64,000 nucleotides of DNA, from NCBI GenBank assembly GCA_030698625.1, contig JAUYMS010000041.1:11314-75313 (forward strand), given 5' to 3'. Each line of letters opens with the position of its first letter. Within the stretch, counting starts at the first letter, position 1. The position numbers were made by a program, and so were the translations under genes. Of the stretch, positions 26,268 to 35,786 are shown piece by piece. This stretch comes from Candidatus Omnitrophota bacterium (GTDB lineage: Bacteria; Omnitrophota; Omnitrophia; Omnitrophales; Aquincolibacteriaceae). The notes beneath the pieces are model-generated. The model ran no database searches and was not told the origin of the DNA. It was given only the letters and a program-made list of their open reading frames with translations.

Positions 26268-27398
26268 TCAGAGAGACTCCTTGAGGCGGGCAAAAAAGGG
26301 TTTCTTTTTGTTCGCTGCGGATTCGCTGCGAAGTTTCGCATACTCTTTAAGCAATTTTCGTTCCTCTTCGCTGATCTTGGACGGAACTTCAATCTCCACG
26401 CGCGCATACTCGTCGCCCCGAACATTCGGGTTCCCGAGCTGGGGTAACCCCTCGCCCTTCACCTTGATGATCTTTCCGGAGGGCGTACCCCCCTCGATCT
26501 TGATCTTGGTCTCTCCGGTAAGCGTGGGCACGGTCACTTCTCCGCCTAAAACAGCTGCGGTGTAGGGCACCAGGACTTCGCAATAGAGGTCGTTTTCCCG
26601 CCTTTGAAAACCCTTATGATCTTCGATTTCTATGCGCACATAAAGGTCGCCGCGCGGTCCGCCGCCCGTGCCGGCTTCCCCCTCGCCGACTACCTTCAGA
26701 CGGGAATGGTCATGAATACCGGCGGGCACTTTTACGCTGAGCTTTCGCGTCTGGCGTACCTGCCCCTGCCCTTCGCAAACGTGACATTGTTTTTCAATGC
26801 GCTCCCCCGCACCCTGACATTTGGGGCAAGTGCGGCGAAGTGTAAAGAATCCTTGAGATACCCTTATCTCACCGTGACCACCGCAATCTTTGCACGGGGT
26901 TTTTTTTGAACCCGGCGCTGCACCGCTGCCTTTACAATCCGAACAGGTTTCGCGGCGCGGAATCTCCAATTTCACTTCACGGCCGTCCAAGACATCTTCG
27001 AGTGTGATCGGGCAGAGCATTTCGAGATGGGAACCCCGTCTCGGACGGCTGCCACCCCCACGACCGCGTCCACCTCCGCTTCCGCCAAAGAAGTCTTCGA
27101 AGAGATCGCCGAAGATGTCGCCGAAACCGCTGAAGTTGTCGGCAAAATCTTCAAAGCCTTGAAAGCCGCGGCCCCCTAGAGAATGTCCAAACTGGTCATA
27201 CTGCGCCCGCTTCTCGGCATCGCTTAAAACAGCGTAAGCTTCGGCCGCTTCTTTGAAGTTCTCTTCGGCATGCGGATCATCCGGATTATGGTCCGGGTGG
27301 TATTTCAGGGCAACTTTACGGTAGGATTTCTTGATTTCGTCAGGGGTGGCGCTGCGGGCAACACCGAGCACCTCATAATAATCGCGTTTGTTTGCCAT
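26268..27398 (-). CDS. dnaJ: Chaperone DnaJ.
   Basis: J-domain with HPD, a G/F region, and four CxxCxGxG zinc-finger repeats. Confidence 0.95.
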   Translation of the reverse strand: MANKRDYYEVLGVARSATPDEIKKSYRKVALKYHPDHNPDDPHAEENFKEAAEAYAVLSDAEKRAQYDQFGHSLGGRGFQGFEDFADNFSGFGDIFGDLFEDFFGGSGGGRGRGGGSRPRRGSHLEMLCPITLEDVLDGREVKLEIPRRETCSDCKGSGAAPGSKKTPCKDCGGHGEIRVSQGFFTLRRTCPKCQGAGERIEKQCHVCEGQGQVRQTRKLSVKVPAGIHDHSRLKVVGEGEAGTGGGPRGDLYVRIEIEDHKGFQRRENDLYCEVLVPYTAAVLGGEVTVPTLTGETKIKIEGGTPSGKIIKVKGEGLPQLGNPNVRGDEYARVEIEVPSKISEEERKLLKEYAKLRSESAANKKKPFFARLKESL

Positions 27399-27406
27399 GG
27401 GGAGTT

Positions 27407-27979
27407 TTACTTTTTCTTGGGAGCGACTCTAACGCGCACCTTCGCGGCACGCAGAAGGCGGTCGTGAATCATGTAGCCGGGCTCGATTTCGTCGACGATC
27501 GTATCTTCCTTGCCTTCTTCTTCGACGTAACCGACGGCCTCGTGCAGATGAGGGTCAAAGGCGGCGTCCTTGGTTTCGAGCCGCTTGAGCCCCTGAATCT
27601 TAAGAATGTCGGCAAGTTGTTTGTAGACCATTTCTACGCCTGAGACAAGCGCTTCCTGCCCCGGAGACTCTTTGGCGTGCTGAAGGGCTCGCTCAAAGTT
27701 GGCTAACACGTTCAGCAACGACCGAAGTAAACTTTCCTGTCCGAATTTTAGGAAATCTTCCCGGTCACGGGCGAGCCTCTTTTTGGCGTTTTCGAAATCA
27801 GCGGCAGAGCGAAGGAATTTATCCTTGTGTTCTTCCAGCTCTTTGATAGCGCTCAAAAGCTCTTCATACTCTTTGTGTTCGAGCACGACTTCTTTTGGTG
27901 TGTCCGAAACTTCTTGCGGCTTGTCGGTGACTTCTTCAGGCTTGTCCGCATCTTCTTTGACTTCGTCTTTTGGGGTCAC
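27407..27979 (-). CDS. grpE: Nucleotide exchange factor GrpE.
   Basis: Typical GrpE coiled-coil and C-terminal beta domain. Confidence 0.9.
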   Translation of the reverse strand: MTPKDEVKEDADKPEEVTDKPQEVSDTPKEVVLEHKEYEELLSAIKELEEHKDKFLRSAADFENAKKRLARDREDFLKFGQESLLRSLLNVLANFERALQHAKESPGQEALVSGVEMVYKQLADILKIQGLKRLETKDAAFDPHLHEAVGYVEEEGKEDTIVDEIEPGYMIHDRLLRAAKVRVRVAPKKK

Positions 27980-28752
27980 GAGCGGTCTCCCAAAAAACCG
28001 GCATCAAGAACTTCCCCGACAATCTCGGCCATGCGCGCAGCCAGCGGAACCATCCGCGAATATCGCAGCCTGCGGGGGCCTACGATCGCAAGGGTGCCTA
28101 TTGTTGTGTCGTCGACTCCGTAAGGTGTGCAAATCACGGAGCATTCGCGCAGCGCGTCGTGATCGTTCTCTTCACCGATGAAAACAGACACTGTCCCGTG
28201 GGTCCCATCTTTGCCCTGCAGCCAGGACATAAGCTCCTGACGGCTTTCGATGGCACTCAGCAAATTCCGCAGCTTATCGAGGTCACGGAATTCGGGCTTA
28301 TCCAGCATGGTCACAGACCCCTGAACGTAAAGACGCAGTCTGTTACCCTGGTCCGGAAACACCACCATACCGATCTCCCGGGCCAATGCCGAAAGTGTGC
28401 GGGAAGCCTCTTCGGCTACCCTTTCAGGCTCCTCCATCTGCTCGGAAGCCTTCTCGAGATCCGCGCGAACCCGCTCAAAAAAGTCGACAGGAAAGTCATC
28501 CTCTTGCATCGTATGATCAACATAATAGCGGTATCCAAGATCGGTCGGGACCCTGCCCGAAGAGGTATGGGGGTGCATGAGGTACCCGTCTTCCTCGAGC
28601 AGGCCCATCTCGTGGCGAATGGTCGCGCTAGAGCAGGACACACGGTACCTCTCCGCCATAAATCGCGAGCCCACCGGTTGGGCTGTCTCAATATGGGTCT
28701 CTACGACATTGCTTAGGATGGCTTGCTGCCTAGAGGTCAGAGAGTGAGTCAT
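27976..28752 (-). CDS. hrcA: Heat-inducible repressor HrcA.
   Basis: N-terminal wHTH (QPVGSRFMAERY...SSATIRHEMGLLEEDGYL) plus the HrcA C-terminal domain. Confidence 0.9.
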   Translation of the reverse strand: MTHSLTSRQQAILSNVVETHIETAQPVGSRFMAERYRVSCSSATIRHEMGLLEEDGYLMHPHTSSGRVPTDLGYRYYVDHTMQEDDFPVDFFERVRADLEKASEQMEEPERVAEEASRTLSALAREIGMVVFPDQGNRLRLYVQGSVTMLDKPEFRDLDKLRNLLSAIESRQELMSWLQGKDGTHGTVSVFIGEENDHDALRECSVICTPYGVDDTTIGTLAIVGPRRLRYSRMVPLAARMAEIVGEVLDAGFLGDRS

Positions 28753-28762
28753 AAGAAGACGT

Positions 28763-28792
28763 ATGATACCAAAAAAGGCGGGTTAACTCAAC
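28763..28792 (-). promoter_or_regulatory. Candidate sigma70-like promoter for hrcA.
   Basis: On the minus strand: TTGAGT, 18-nt spacer, TATCAT, ending about 10 nt before the ATG. No CIRCE inverted repeat was found here. Confidence 0.3.
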
Positions 28793-28816
28793 CACCAGGG
28801 ATAGAACGGGGTAAAA

Positions 28817-30184
28817 CTATATTCTGGAGGTATTTAGCAGCGCCTGGGCATCGATCTTATTCTGGCGGAAGAGTTCCAGGTCGTCACGCCCGAAGATCCG
28901 CTGTTCGGTCTCCTGGGGCAGGGTCAGGCTGAGATAGTCATAATCACCGAAATGATAGCTCCTGAGAACATCGACAAACTCGCGGTAAATCAGGCTCAGG
29001 AGGTAAATCATGTCCTCATGGAAGAGCAGGGATTCACGGCTGTAGTTGTTGAAATCACGAAGTGCGACCGATTTGAAATCCAGTGAGAAACTCGGAGCTT
29101 TGTCCTCGATACCCTCATATTCCAGGGCCAGTCTCACCTCGCGGAAGGTATGCTGAATGCGCTCATCGACGGCCACGAGCGTTTGAATGCGCCGCGTAAG
29201 CTGTTGGGCCAGAAAAACCCCGACCTGGATATCCTCGGCTTTGAATTCCTCATCCCAGGATTCGAAGCTCTTTTCCATCTGGATTTCACGCGGGAAAGGT
29301 ATCTTCTTGAAATTCCCCCATTCGTCAAAAAACTGGAAGGGAATGATGCGGCTGATCATCGGCCTTTCCTTGTTGAAAGATACCATAGCCAGATACTGGG
29401 CTTGGGCGGGATCCTCGATGAGGTCAGCGCCTTCAAGCGTGGGCCGGGCCTTAACATGAACGATCACTTCCGACTGCTGCAGCTGCGTGCTGCGCATGTC
29501 TAAGACTTCCCACTGAACTTTTGCCGGTGATCCTTCACCGGCCTGAACCGTATTAAAAAACACGCCTTCAAGTGCGGCCTCAGTCACGGCCGGGTCGAAA
29601 TATTTGACCCGAATATCCTTAAGCGTGGACTGGTTCAGATCCGCAAATAACTGCCGAATGGGCTTGTGCCAAACAACGGCGCGGTTCTGTTTCATTTCGT
29701 AAATGACGCGCTTACGATATTCGTCGCGCGAGATATCCCAAATCCTCACCCGCTTCACATCATCCACATAGCCTTTAAGCACCAACTGCAGGCCGGTCCG
29801 TTCCACATCGGTCGCCTGCAGAATATAAAATTTGATATCGCGGTCGGTACTGAGCAATACACGCGAAATGGTAAAGAGCACATCCTCGACTTTGTCCATA
29901 GCCTCCGGCGAAGGCTCAAAGAGCGTCTCAAGATTTCGCACTTTCCCGGCAACTAGAGACTCTTTGAAGTCGGCGGCAAACAGCTTCTCGAGCGGAAGAT
30001 AGACACCGATCGTATGGCCGACAATTTTGACGTCAACGTTGTCGACATGGTACTCATCGCGGCAGATCTTTAGGATGGATTCTTTGAGTTGGTCACCCGG
30101 GTAGGACTTGCTGGAACAACCTGCCGCCGCTACCGCCACGATAAGCAGCAACAAAGCCGGTTTGAGGGGCGCGGTGATTCTCAT
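28817..30184 (-). CDS. Hypothetical lipoprotein.
   Basis: Signal peptide ending in the lipobox AAAGC. Confidence 0.6.
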   Translation of the reverse strand: MRITAPLKPALLLLIVAVAAAGCSSKSYPGDQLKESILKICRDEYHVDNVDVKIVGHTIGVYLPLEKLFAADFKESLVAGKVRNLETLFEPSPEAMDKVEDVLFTISRVLLSTDRDIKFYILQATDVERTGLQLVLKGYVDDVKRVRIWDISRDEYRKRVIYEMKQNRAVVWHKPIRQLFADLNQSTLKDIRVKYFDPAVTEAALEGVFFNTVQAGEGSPAKVQWEVLDMRSTQLQQSEVIVHVKARPTLEGADLIEDPAQAQYLAMVSFNKERPMISRIIPFQFFDEWGNFKKIPFPREIQMEKSFESWDEEFKAEDIQVGVFLAQQLTRRIQTLVAVDERIQHTFREVRLALEYEGIEDKAPSFSLDFKSVALRDFNNYSRESLLFHEDMIYLLSLIYREFVDVLRSYHFGDYDYLSLTLPQETEQRIFGRDDLELFRQNKIDAQALLNTSRI

Positions 30185-31866
30185 CAGTTTTGTTCGGGAG
30201 TCGCCGGCGGTGAACCGGCTTCTTCCTTTTTCTCCTCGGCGGAAGTTCCGAACTTACGAGGGTTGGCCTTGCCGTATTCGGCGAAGATAGCCTCGATTTG
30301 ATCGTAATCAAGCTCCTGCTGGGTCAACAGTTCATGCGCAAAGCGTTCAAAAATGGCGTTGTCGTCCTTGAGGAGTGCATCAACTTCCTTAACGCAAGTA
30401 TCGATAACGTCACGCGTGTCATTATTGAGTTGATTGATCATCTCGTTAGAAAGTTGCTCCTTCGGAATAACGGTATAGTCCCCCACAAGACCGCTGGCGC
30501 CCATACCGCATTGCCACACCATATAATGAGCAAGTCCCATCGCCTTCTTGAAATCGGAGGATACGCCGCTGGTTGAGGTCTTATACTTGGCCTTTTCACC
30601 GCAATAGCCCGCAACGCATACTTTGATATCTGCCAAGAGGGATTCGCGGTCGTAACTGTGCCACTCTTCGACCGGAGTCGGATGCACAACACCTAAACTT
30701 GACTTTCTCGGGATGATGGATGCCTTAAAAACGTCATTGCGAGGATGCAATAAAAAAGTCGCCAGCAGATGACCGGTTTCGTGATAGGCGGTCATTTCTC
30801 TTTCGCGAACGTTCATCGTAATGCGGTTCTTCGTACCGAGATCGATACGCTCGATCGCTTCTGAGAGCTCCTTGCTCGTCACGACGCCCATACCTCGGCG
30901 CGTAGCAATCAGGGCTGATTCCTTAATGATATTTTCGATATCGGCCGGCGTCTTATCGACGGCTTTTCGCGCCAAGCGTTTCACATCGACAGAGCCGTCA
31001 TGTTTCACCTTCTTCAGATAAAATTCAAAGATGGCCTCGCGATTTTCGAGTCCCGGTTTGGTGATATAAATTTTTCGGTCAAAACGGCCGGGTCGTAGAA
31101 GCGCGGGATCGAGTAAGTCTTCATTAGCGTTCGTTGCGCCGATCATAATGACATTTGCTGCTTTGCCGGTCAAACCGTCCATCTCAACCAGGAGCTGATT
31201 CTGAGTGGTATTGGACTCACCGCTGCCGAACTGATTAAACGTGCGGCGGCTTCCCAAGGCATCCAACTCGTCGATGAAAATCACACAACCGCCGAAACCG
31301 TCAGCCATCGCGCGCGCCTTCTTGAAGAGGCTGCGCACACGGCTGGCACCGACACCGACGAAAACCTCGTTGAACTCACTGGCCGCCATCGACAGAAAGG
31401 GAAGCCTTGCCTCGGTCGCAATCGCCTTGGCCAAATAGGTCTTACCGCAGCCCGGGGGACCAAGCATGAGAATTCCGCGAATAATCTTACCGCCGATTTG
31501 CTTTATACGGGTATGGTCTTTAATCAGGTCTACGACTTCCTTCGACTCCATTTTGGCATCATCCAAACCGATCACATCATCAAAATTGACATTCACGTCT
31601 TTGGCATTGATGTTCTTCTTGTCCATCTTTGAAAAACCGCCGCGCAAGACCATCATGTACATGTAGACGAAAACCACGCTGTTTACGAGAACCAGGAGGA
31701 TGGAAATCGGCATCTGAGCGAGGGTAATATTGCGGTAGTAGCTCTCAAGCGACATCATCCCGTAGACGGAAAGCACGATGAGGATCAAGACACCCATGAT
31801 GATTAGAATCTTGACCCTGTGATTCAGAAAATGCATTCTCACCAACCGATAATTAATCATGTCCAT
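30184..31866 (-). CDS. FtsH-like AAA+ zinc metalloprotease (divergent paralog with a very short periplasmic loop).
   Basis: Two N-terminal TM helices. Walker A GPPGCGKT, Walker B IFIDELDAL and zinc motif HETGH. Confidence 0.8.
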   Translation of the reverse strand: MDMINYRLVRMHFLNHRVKILIIMGVLILIVLSVYGMMSLESYYRNITLAQMPISILLVLVNSVVFVYMYMMVLRGGFSKMDKKNINAKDVNVNFDDVIGLDDAKMESKEVVDLIKDHTRIKQIGGKIIRGILMLGPPGCGKTYLAKAIATEARLPFLSMAASEFNEVFVGVGASRVRSLFKKARAMADGFGGCVIFIDELDALGSRRTFNQFGSGESNTTQNQLLVEMDGLTGKAANVIMIGATNANEDLLDPALLRPGRFDRKIYITKPGLENREAIFEFYLKKVKHDGSVDVKRLARKAVDKTPADIENIIKESALIATRRGMGVVTSKELSEAIERIDLGTKNRITMNVREREMTAYHETGHLLATFLLHPRNDVFKASIIPRKSSLGVVHPTPVEEWHSYDRESLLADIKVCVAGYCGEKAKYKTSTSGVSSDFKKAMGLAHYMVWQCGMGASGLVGDYTVIPKEQLSNEMINQLNNDTRDVIDTCVKEVDALLKDDNAIFERFAHELLTQQELDYDQIEAIFAEYGKANPRKFGTSAEEKKEEAGSPPATPEQN

Positions 31867-32026
31867 CTCCTATCTTATTATGACACAACGATTTAAGCGC
31901 CCTTCGCAAGGACACCAACTCTATAATACCATAACTTATGGTAAAAACACCTGTCAACTCGGCAGATTCACCTCTTACCTTACGGCCTCAAGTCCTTTAT
32001 TCTTAAAGACATAATTGCCGTTCAGT

Positions 32027-32515
32027 TTACCACGAATCCAACGAATCCTGCTTAAATTCGGAGTCCGCCTGCCCTTTATCGGCCGAGGAATCGTCCCAAT
32101 CCTCTCCCCACCAGCTGGCGTCAAATGCCTCTTCCTGCACCTCCCCAAACTCTTGAGGAAGGAGATCTTCGACCTCCGGCAACATCACCCCGTCATCATC
32201 CAGCCTTTTGTACTTACTGTCCATCGGCGGATCCACGAAGAAATTGATCTTTGAATAGATCACGTAAGACGGCGACGGAGGCCCTTTGACACCGTCTTTT
32301 AGCTCTTCCATCTTCTTCTTATAGGATATGGGATTGGTTTGAGTTTTGAGAATCGGGTCGTCGTCTTTCCGGACGGTTGCGAGGTTAGTTAACATTACCA
32401 CGATAAGTAATCCCTGTACTAGCCAAAAACCAGCGTGTTTTATGTCGTTAGTGATTGCTATAAAAACCGGAGTATTTTTCACCATATAAAAAAGAGATAA
32501 AATCCATCCCCACAA
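32027..32515 (-). CDS. Hypothetical membrane-anchored protein with an acidic C-terminus.
   Basis: An ORF with TM segments. No recognisable domain. Confidence 0.45.
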   Translation of the reverse strand: MWGWILSLFYMVKNTPVFIAITNDIKHAGFWLVQGLLIVVMLTNLATVRKDDDPILKTQTNPISYKKKMEELKDGVKGPPSPSYVIYSKINFFVDPPMDSKYKRLDDDGVMLPEVEDLLPQEFGEVQEEAFDASWWGEDWDDSSADKGQADSEFKQDSLDSW

Positions 32516-32539
32516 GATTACATGCTCTATCAGGAAATA

Positions 32540-35344
32540 TCAAATATATGTCGCTTTTGGGGCCCCAGCTCGTCTTTTGTATTCCTTTAAATATTGACCA
32601 GTAAAAGAGTTGGGGCAATTCTCCAAACCGGCCAACGGCCCTGAGTAAACCAAATGCCCGCCGCCGTCGCCCCCTTCCGGCCCCAGATCGATCACGAAAT
32701 CCGCCGATCGGATCACTTCCATATTGTGTTCGATAATTAAAAGCGAGTGTCCCCGTTCGAGAAGCTCGTCGAGAGCCTGCATGAGATACTGAATGTCATG
32801 ATAATGCAGGCCGGATGTCGGCTCATCGAAAAGGTAAAGGATGTGATTAGCTGTCTGCTGTGTCATCTCAAAGGCAATCTTGAGTCTTTGTGCTTCACCT
32901 CCGGATAATGTCGTTGCCGATTGCCCAAGCCTTAGATAACCGAGCCCCACTTTTTGTAATATCTCGAGCCTCTCGATAAGCAAGCGCTCACGGGAAAAGA
33001 AAGCAGCGGCTTCATCGATGGTCATCGCCAAGACATCATCGATATTCTTTCCTTCGTATTTAATCTCTAAGACCTCCGGACGAAAACGCTTTCCTTCGCA
33101 TTCCTCACAGCGCACGAAGACATCCGCCAGAAAATGCATCTCGACTTTGATCTGCCCTTCTCCTTTGCACCGCGCACAGCGGCCCCCATCGACATTAAAG
33201 GAAAAGTGACTTGCAGTAAAACCCTCACGCTGCGACTCGCAGGTCCGGCCGAAAAGTTTTCTGATTTCATCGAAAGCTTTCATGTAGGTAACGGGATTTG
33301 AACGCGGCGTACGGCCGATCGGAGATTGATCAATCAGGCCTATCTGGTCGACGTTTTCAAAGCCGTCTACAGAATCGACTTTGCCGAGATCCTGCACCGG
33401 CTTTCCCTGAAATCTTAAGAAGTGATGATAAAGCACATCGTAGAGCAGTGTGCTTTTGCCGGAACCCGAAACGCCCGTCAGAACGACCATTTCCTGCAAA
33501 GGAATTTCCACATTGAGGTCTTTGAGGTTGTGTTCCCTTGCGCCCCGAATACGAATGGATCCCCCTAGGGTCTTCGGCTGCTTCCGCTTGCTGCGGCTAA
33601 CCGCGAGTTCTCCCGACAGGTACCGGCCCGTCAGAGACCCCTCTATATTCGCCAGCTTTTCAATGGGGCCCTGGAACAGCACTCTCCCGCCGTTCTCTCC
33701 GCCTGCCGGGCCCATATCCAGGACTTCGTCGGCAGCTTCGATCATAGTGCGATCATGCTCCACGACCACAACGGTATTCCCTAAATCGCGCAATTGTTTA
33801 AGTTGGCGAATCAGCAACCCATTGTCGCGTTCGTGCAGTCCGATACTCGGCTCATCCAATACGTACAGGGTATCCACGAGCGCCGACCCGAGAGAAGTTG
33901 CCAGATGAATTCTCTGCAGCTCTCCGCCCGAAAGCGTTCTCGATAGGCGCGCAAGGCTCAAATACCCCAAACCGATGCGGTCCAGAAACTCGATTCGTTT
34001 CTTGATCTCCAAATAAACCGGCTCCACCCTTTCGCGCTCCGGGCCCTTCAGCGCCGTCTCGACCTTCTGAAAGTATTCCTTCCATCTTGCCACCGTCATG
34101 GTCATAAGATCGGCAATATTGGTGCCTGCCACGCGAACACAGAGAGCTTCGGGCTTCAGGCGTGACTCGTGACATTCCGGGCACGGTTCGTAGCCGCGAT
34201 ATTTCGAAAGAAAAATGCGTACGTGCATCTTATAAGTCTTTGTGCCGAGATAGTCGAAGTAGTCCTTAACGCTGAAGTAGCCTTCTGTTTTAGGTGCACC
34301 GCGAAGAATGGATTCGCGATGCGCCGCACTTAAAGTGCGCCAGGAATCAGTAACGGAGATTTTCTTCTTTTTACAAAACGCCAGGAGCTGTTCAAAGTGC
34401 CACGCCGCGCTTGGCTTGGTCCACGGCTCTATGACCCCTTCGATAATGGATTTCCCTTCGTCGGGGATAATCAAATTCCAGTCGAGCGTGATCGTTCGCC
34501 CAAATCCCTGGCAAAGACCACATGCCCCCAGCGGGCTATTAAAGGAAAAGAGATTCGGCACGGGTTCCCGGAAAGCCTTCCCGCAATCCGAACACCTCAG
34601 GCCTTCGGAATACTGGAGAAGTTTGTCGGGAGTCTTCACCTGAATGGTCCCCTGCCCATAACGAAAGGCAAGCTCCAGGGAATCGACTAAGCGCTTCTTT
34701 TTGGCGGAATCTACTTTGAGACGGTCAGCGCAAACCGCTAGGCGGTCTGAGAGTGATTTCTGATGCTTAAGCACGCCTTCAGCATCAACCACTTTTCCCC
34801 GCACGAAGTATTCGACAAAGCCCTGCTTATCAAGCTCGGGAAGGAATTCTTTCAGGTACCGATTTCCTTTTTTTGCCAAGGGAAGTTCAAAGAGGATAAC
34901 AACTTCATGGCCCCTTTGAGAGCTGAGCAATTGATTGGCAATTGACGCGGGGTTGTGGGCAGTGACTTCGGACCCGCAATCGGGGCAATAGATCCGACCG
35001 GCGCGCGCAAAGAAGAGACGCAGGTAGTCGTTGATCTCGGTCTGTGTCCCCACCGTGGATCGGGCATTCGTAATGGAATTTTTTGACTGAATGGCAATAG
35101 CAGGCGGGATCCCGCTGACGCCCTCGATATCGGGCTTTTCCATGCGCTCAAGAAATTGACGAGCATAAGATGACAGCGATTCCACATAACGTCGCTGCCC
35201 TTCGGCATAAAGGGTATCAAAGGCAAGAGACGACTTTCCCGAACCAGAAACACCCGTGATTACATAAAGCTTACGGTGCGGAAGGATTAGGTCGAATCCC
35301 TTAAGATTGTGGGTTCTGACACCCCGGAGGAAAATGGCGTCCAT
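32540..35344 (-). CDS. uvrA: Excinuclease ABC subunit A.
   Basis: 934 aa. Two ABC ATPase modules with zinc-finger insertions (GVSGSGKSSLAFDTLYAEGQRRYVESLS). Confidence 0.95.
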   Translation of the reverse strand: MDAIFLRGVRTHNLKGFDLILPHRKLYVITGVSGSGKSSLAFDTLYAEGQRRYVESLSSYARQFLERMEKPDIEGVSGIPPAIAIQSKNSITNARSTVGTQTEINDYLRLFFARAGRIYCPDCGSEVTAHNPASIANQLLSSQRGHEVVILFELPLAKKGNRYLKEFLPELDKQGFVEYFVRGKVVDAEGVLKHQKSLSDRLAVCADRLKVDSAKKKRLVDSLELAFRYGQGTIQVKTPDKLLQYSEGLRCSDCGKAFREPVPNLFSFNSPLGACGLCQGFGRTITLDWNLIIPDEGKSIIEGVIEPWTKPSAAWHFEQLLAFCKKKKISVTDSWRTLSAAHRESILRGAPKTEGYFSVKDYFDYLGTKTYKMHVRIFLSKYRGYEPCPECHESRLKPEALCVRVAGTNIADLMTMTVARWKEYFQKVETALKGPERERVEPVYLEIKKRIEFLDRIGLGYLSLARLSRTLSGGELQRIHLATSLGSALVDTLYVLDEPSIGLHERDNGLLIRQLKQLRDLGNTVVVVEHDRTMIEAADEVLDMGPAGGENGGRVLFQGPIEKLANIEGSLTGRYLSGELAVSRSKRKQPKTLGGSIRIRGAREHNLKDLNVEIPLQEMVVLTGVSGSGKSTLLYDVLYHHFLRFQGKPVQDLGKVDSVDGFENVDQIGLIDQSPIGRTPRSNPVTYMKAFDEIRKLFGRTCESQREGFTASHFSFNVDGGRCARCKGEGQIKVEMHFLADVFVRCEECEGKRFRPEVLEIKYEGKNIDDVLAMTIDEAAAFFSRERLLIERLEILQKVGLGYLRLGQSATTLSGGEAQRLKIAFEMTQQTANHILYLFDEPTSGLHYHDIQYLMQALDELLERGHSLLIIEHNMEVIRSADFVIDLGPEGGDGGGHLVYSGPLAGLENCPNSFTGQYLKEYKRRAGAPKATYI

Positions 35345-35362
35345 CGTTCAAGGCGAAACCCG

Positions 35363-35767
35363 CTATAGTTCGCGGCTCACGTGAAAATTGATGGCTTCGA
35401 GCAACTTGCCGCCGCCTAGGACATGCTGAGATTGGGGCGCAAGCGTTACGACGGTAAATTTACTGGTATCCCGCGTCACCAGCACCGTAACGGAGCGTTG
35501 GTCGGCATCATCATAGGCACGGAACTGCGTGTTGTATACACGAAGAATCCCTTGGGTCTTTTCAGTCGACTCGAGTTCCCATCCATCCACCCCTTCGAGG
35601 GCCTCCATGGTCCTTAAGTAGGTCAGGTCATAGGGTAGCTCGTAGCGGAGTGCTTCAGCATTTGCCGGCAGAACCTTGCTCTGAACCTCGTTTCGGAGAG
35701 TCTGACAACCGGTGGCGGAGATGGACAGCATAAGTATTAATATGAATCCGGATCGAAGTTGCATCAA
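35363..35767 (-). CDS. Hypothetical lipoprotein.
   Basis: Signal peptide with the lipobox SATGC. Confidence 0.55.
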   Translation of the reverse strand: MMQLRSGFILILMLSISATGCQTLRNEVQSKVLPANAEALRYELPYDLTYLRTMEALEGVDGWELESTEKTQGILRVYNTQFRAYDDADQRSVTVLVTRDTSKFTVVTLAPQSQHVLGGGKLLEAINFHVSREL

Positions 35768-35786
35768 GGGGGTTTCCTCCCGATTT

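Noticed and set aside
27699-28716. Plus-strand ORFs (27699..28181, 27970..28716, 28386..28580) antisense to grpE and hrcA.
   Set aside because: These are shadow ORFs of conserved heat-shock genes. Their low-complexity Ser/Arg-rich translations support this.
28753-28816. CIRCE (TTAGCACTC-N9-GAGTGCTAA) expected upstream of hrcA.
   Set aside because: Only a partial TTAGCAGCG with no inverted partner is present. It is not called as CIRCE.
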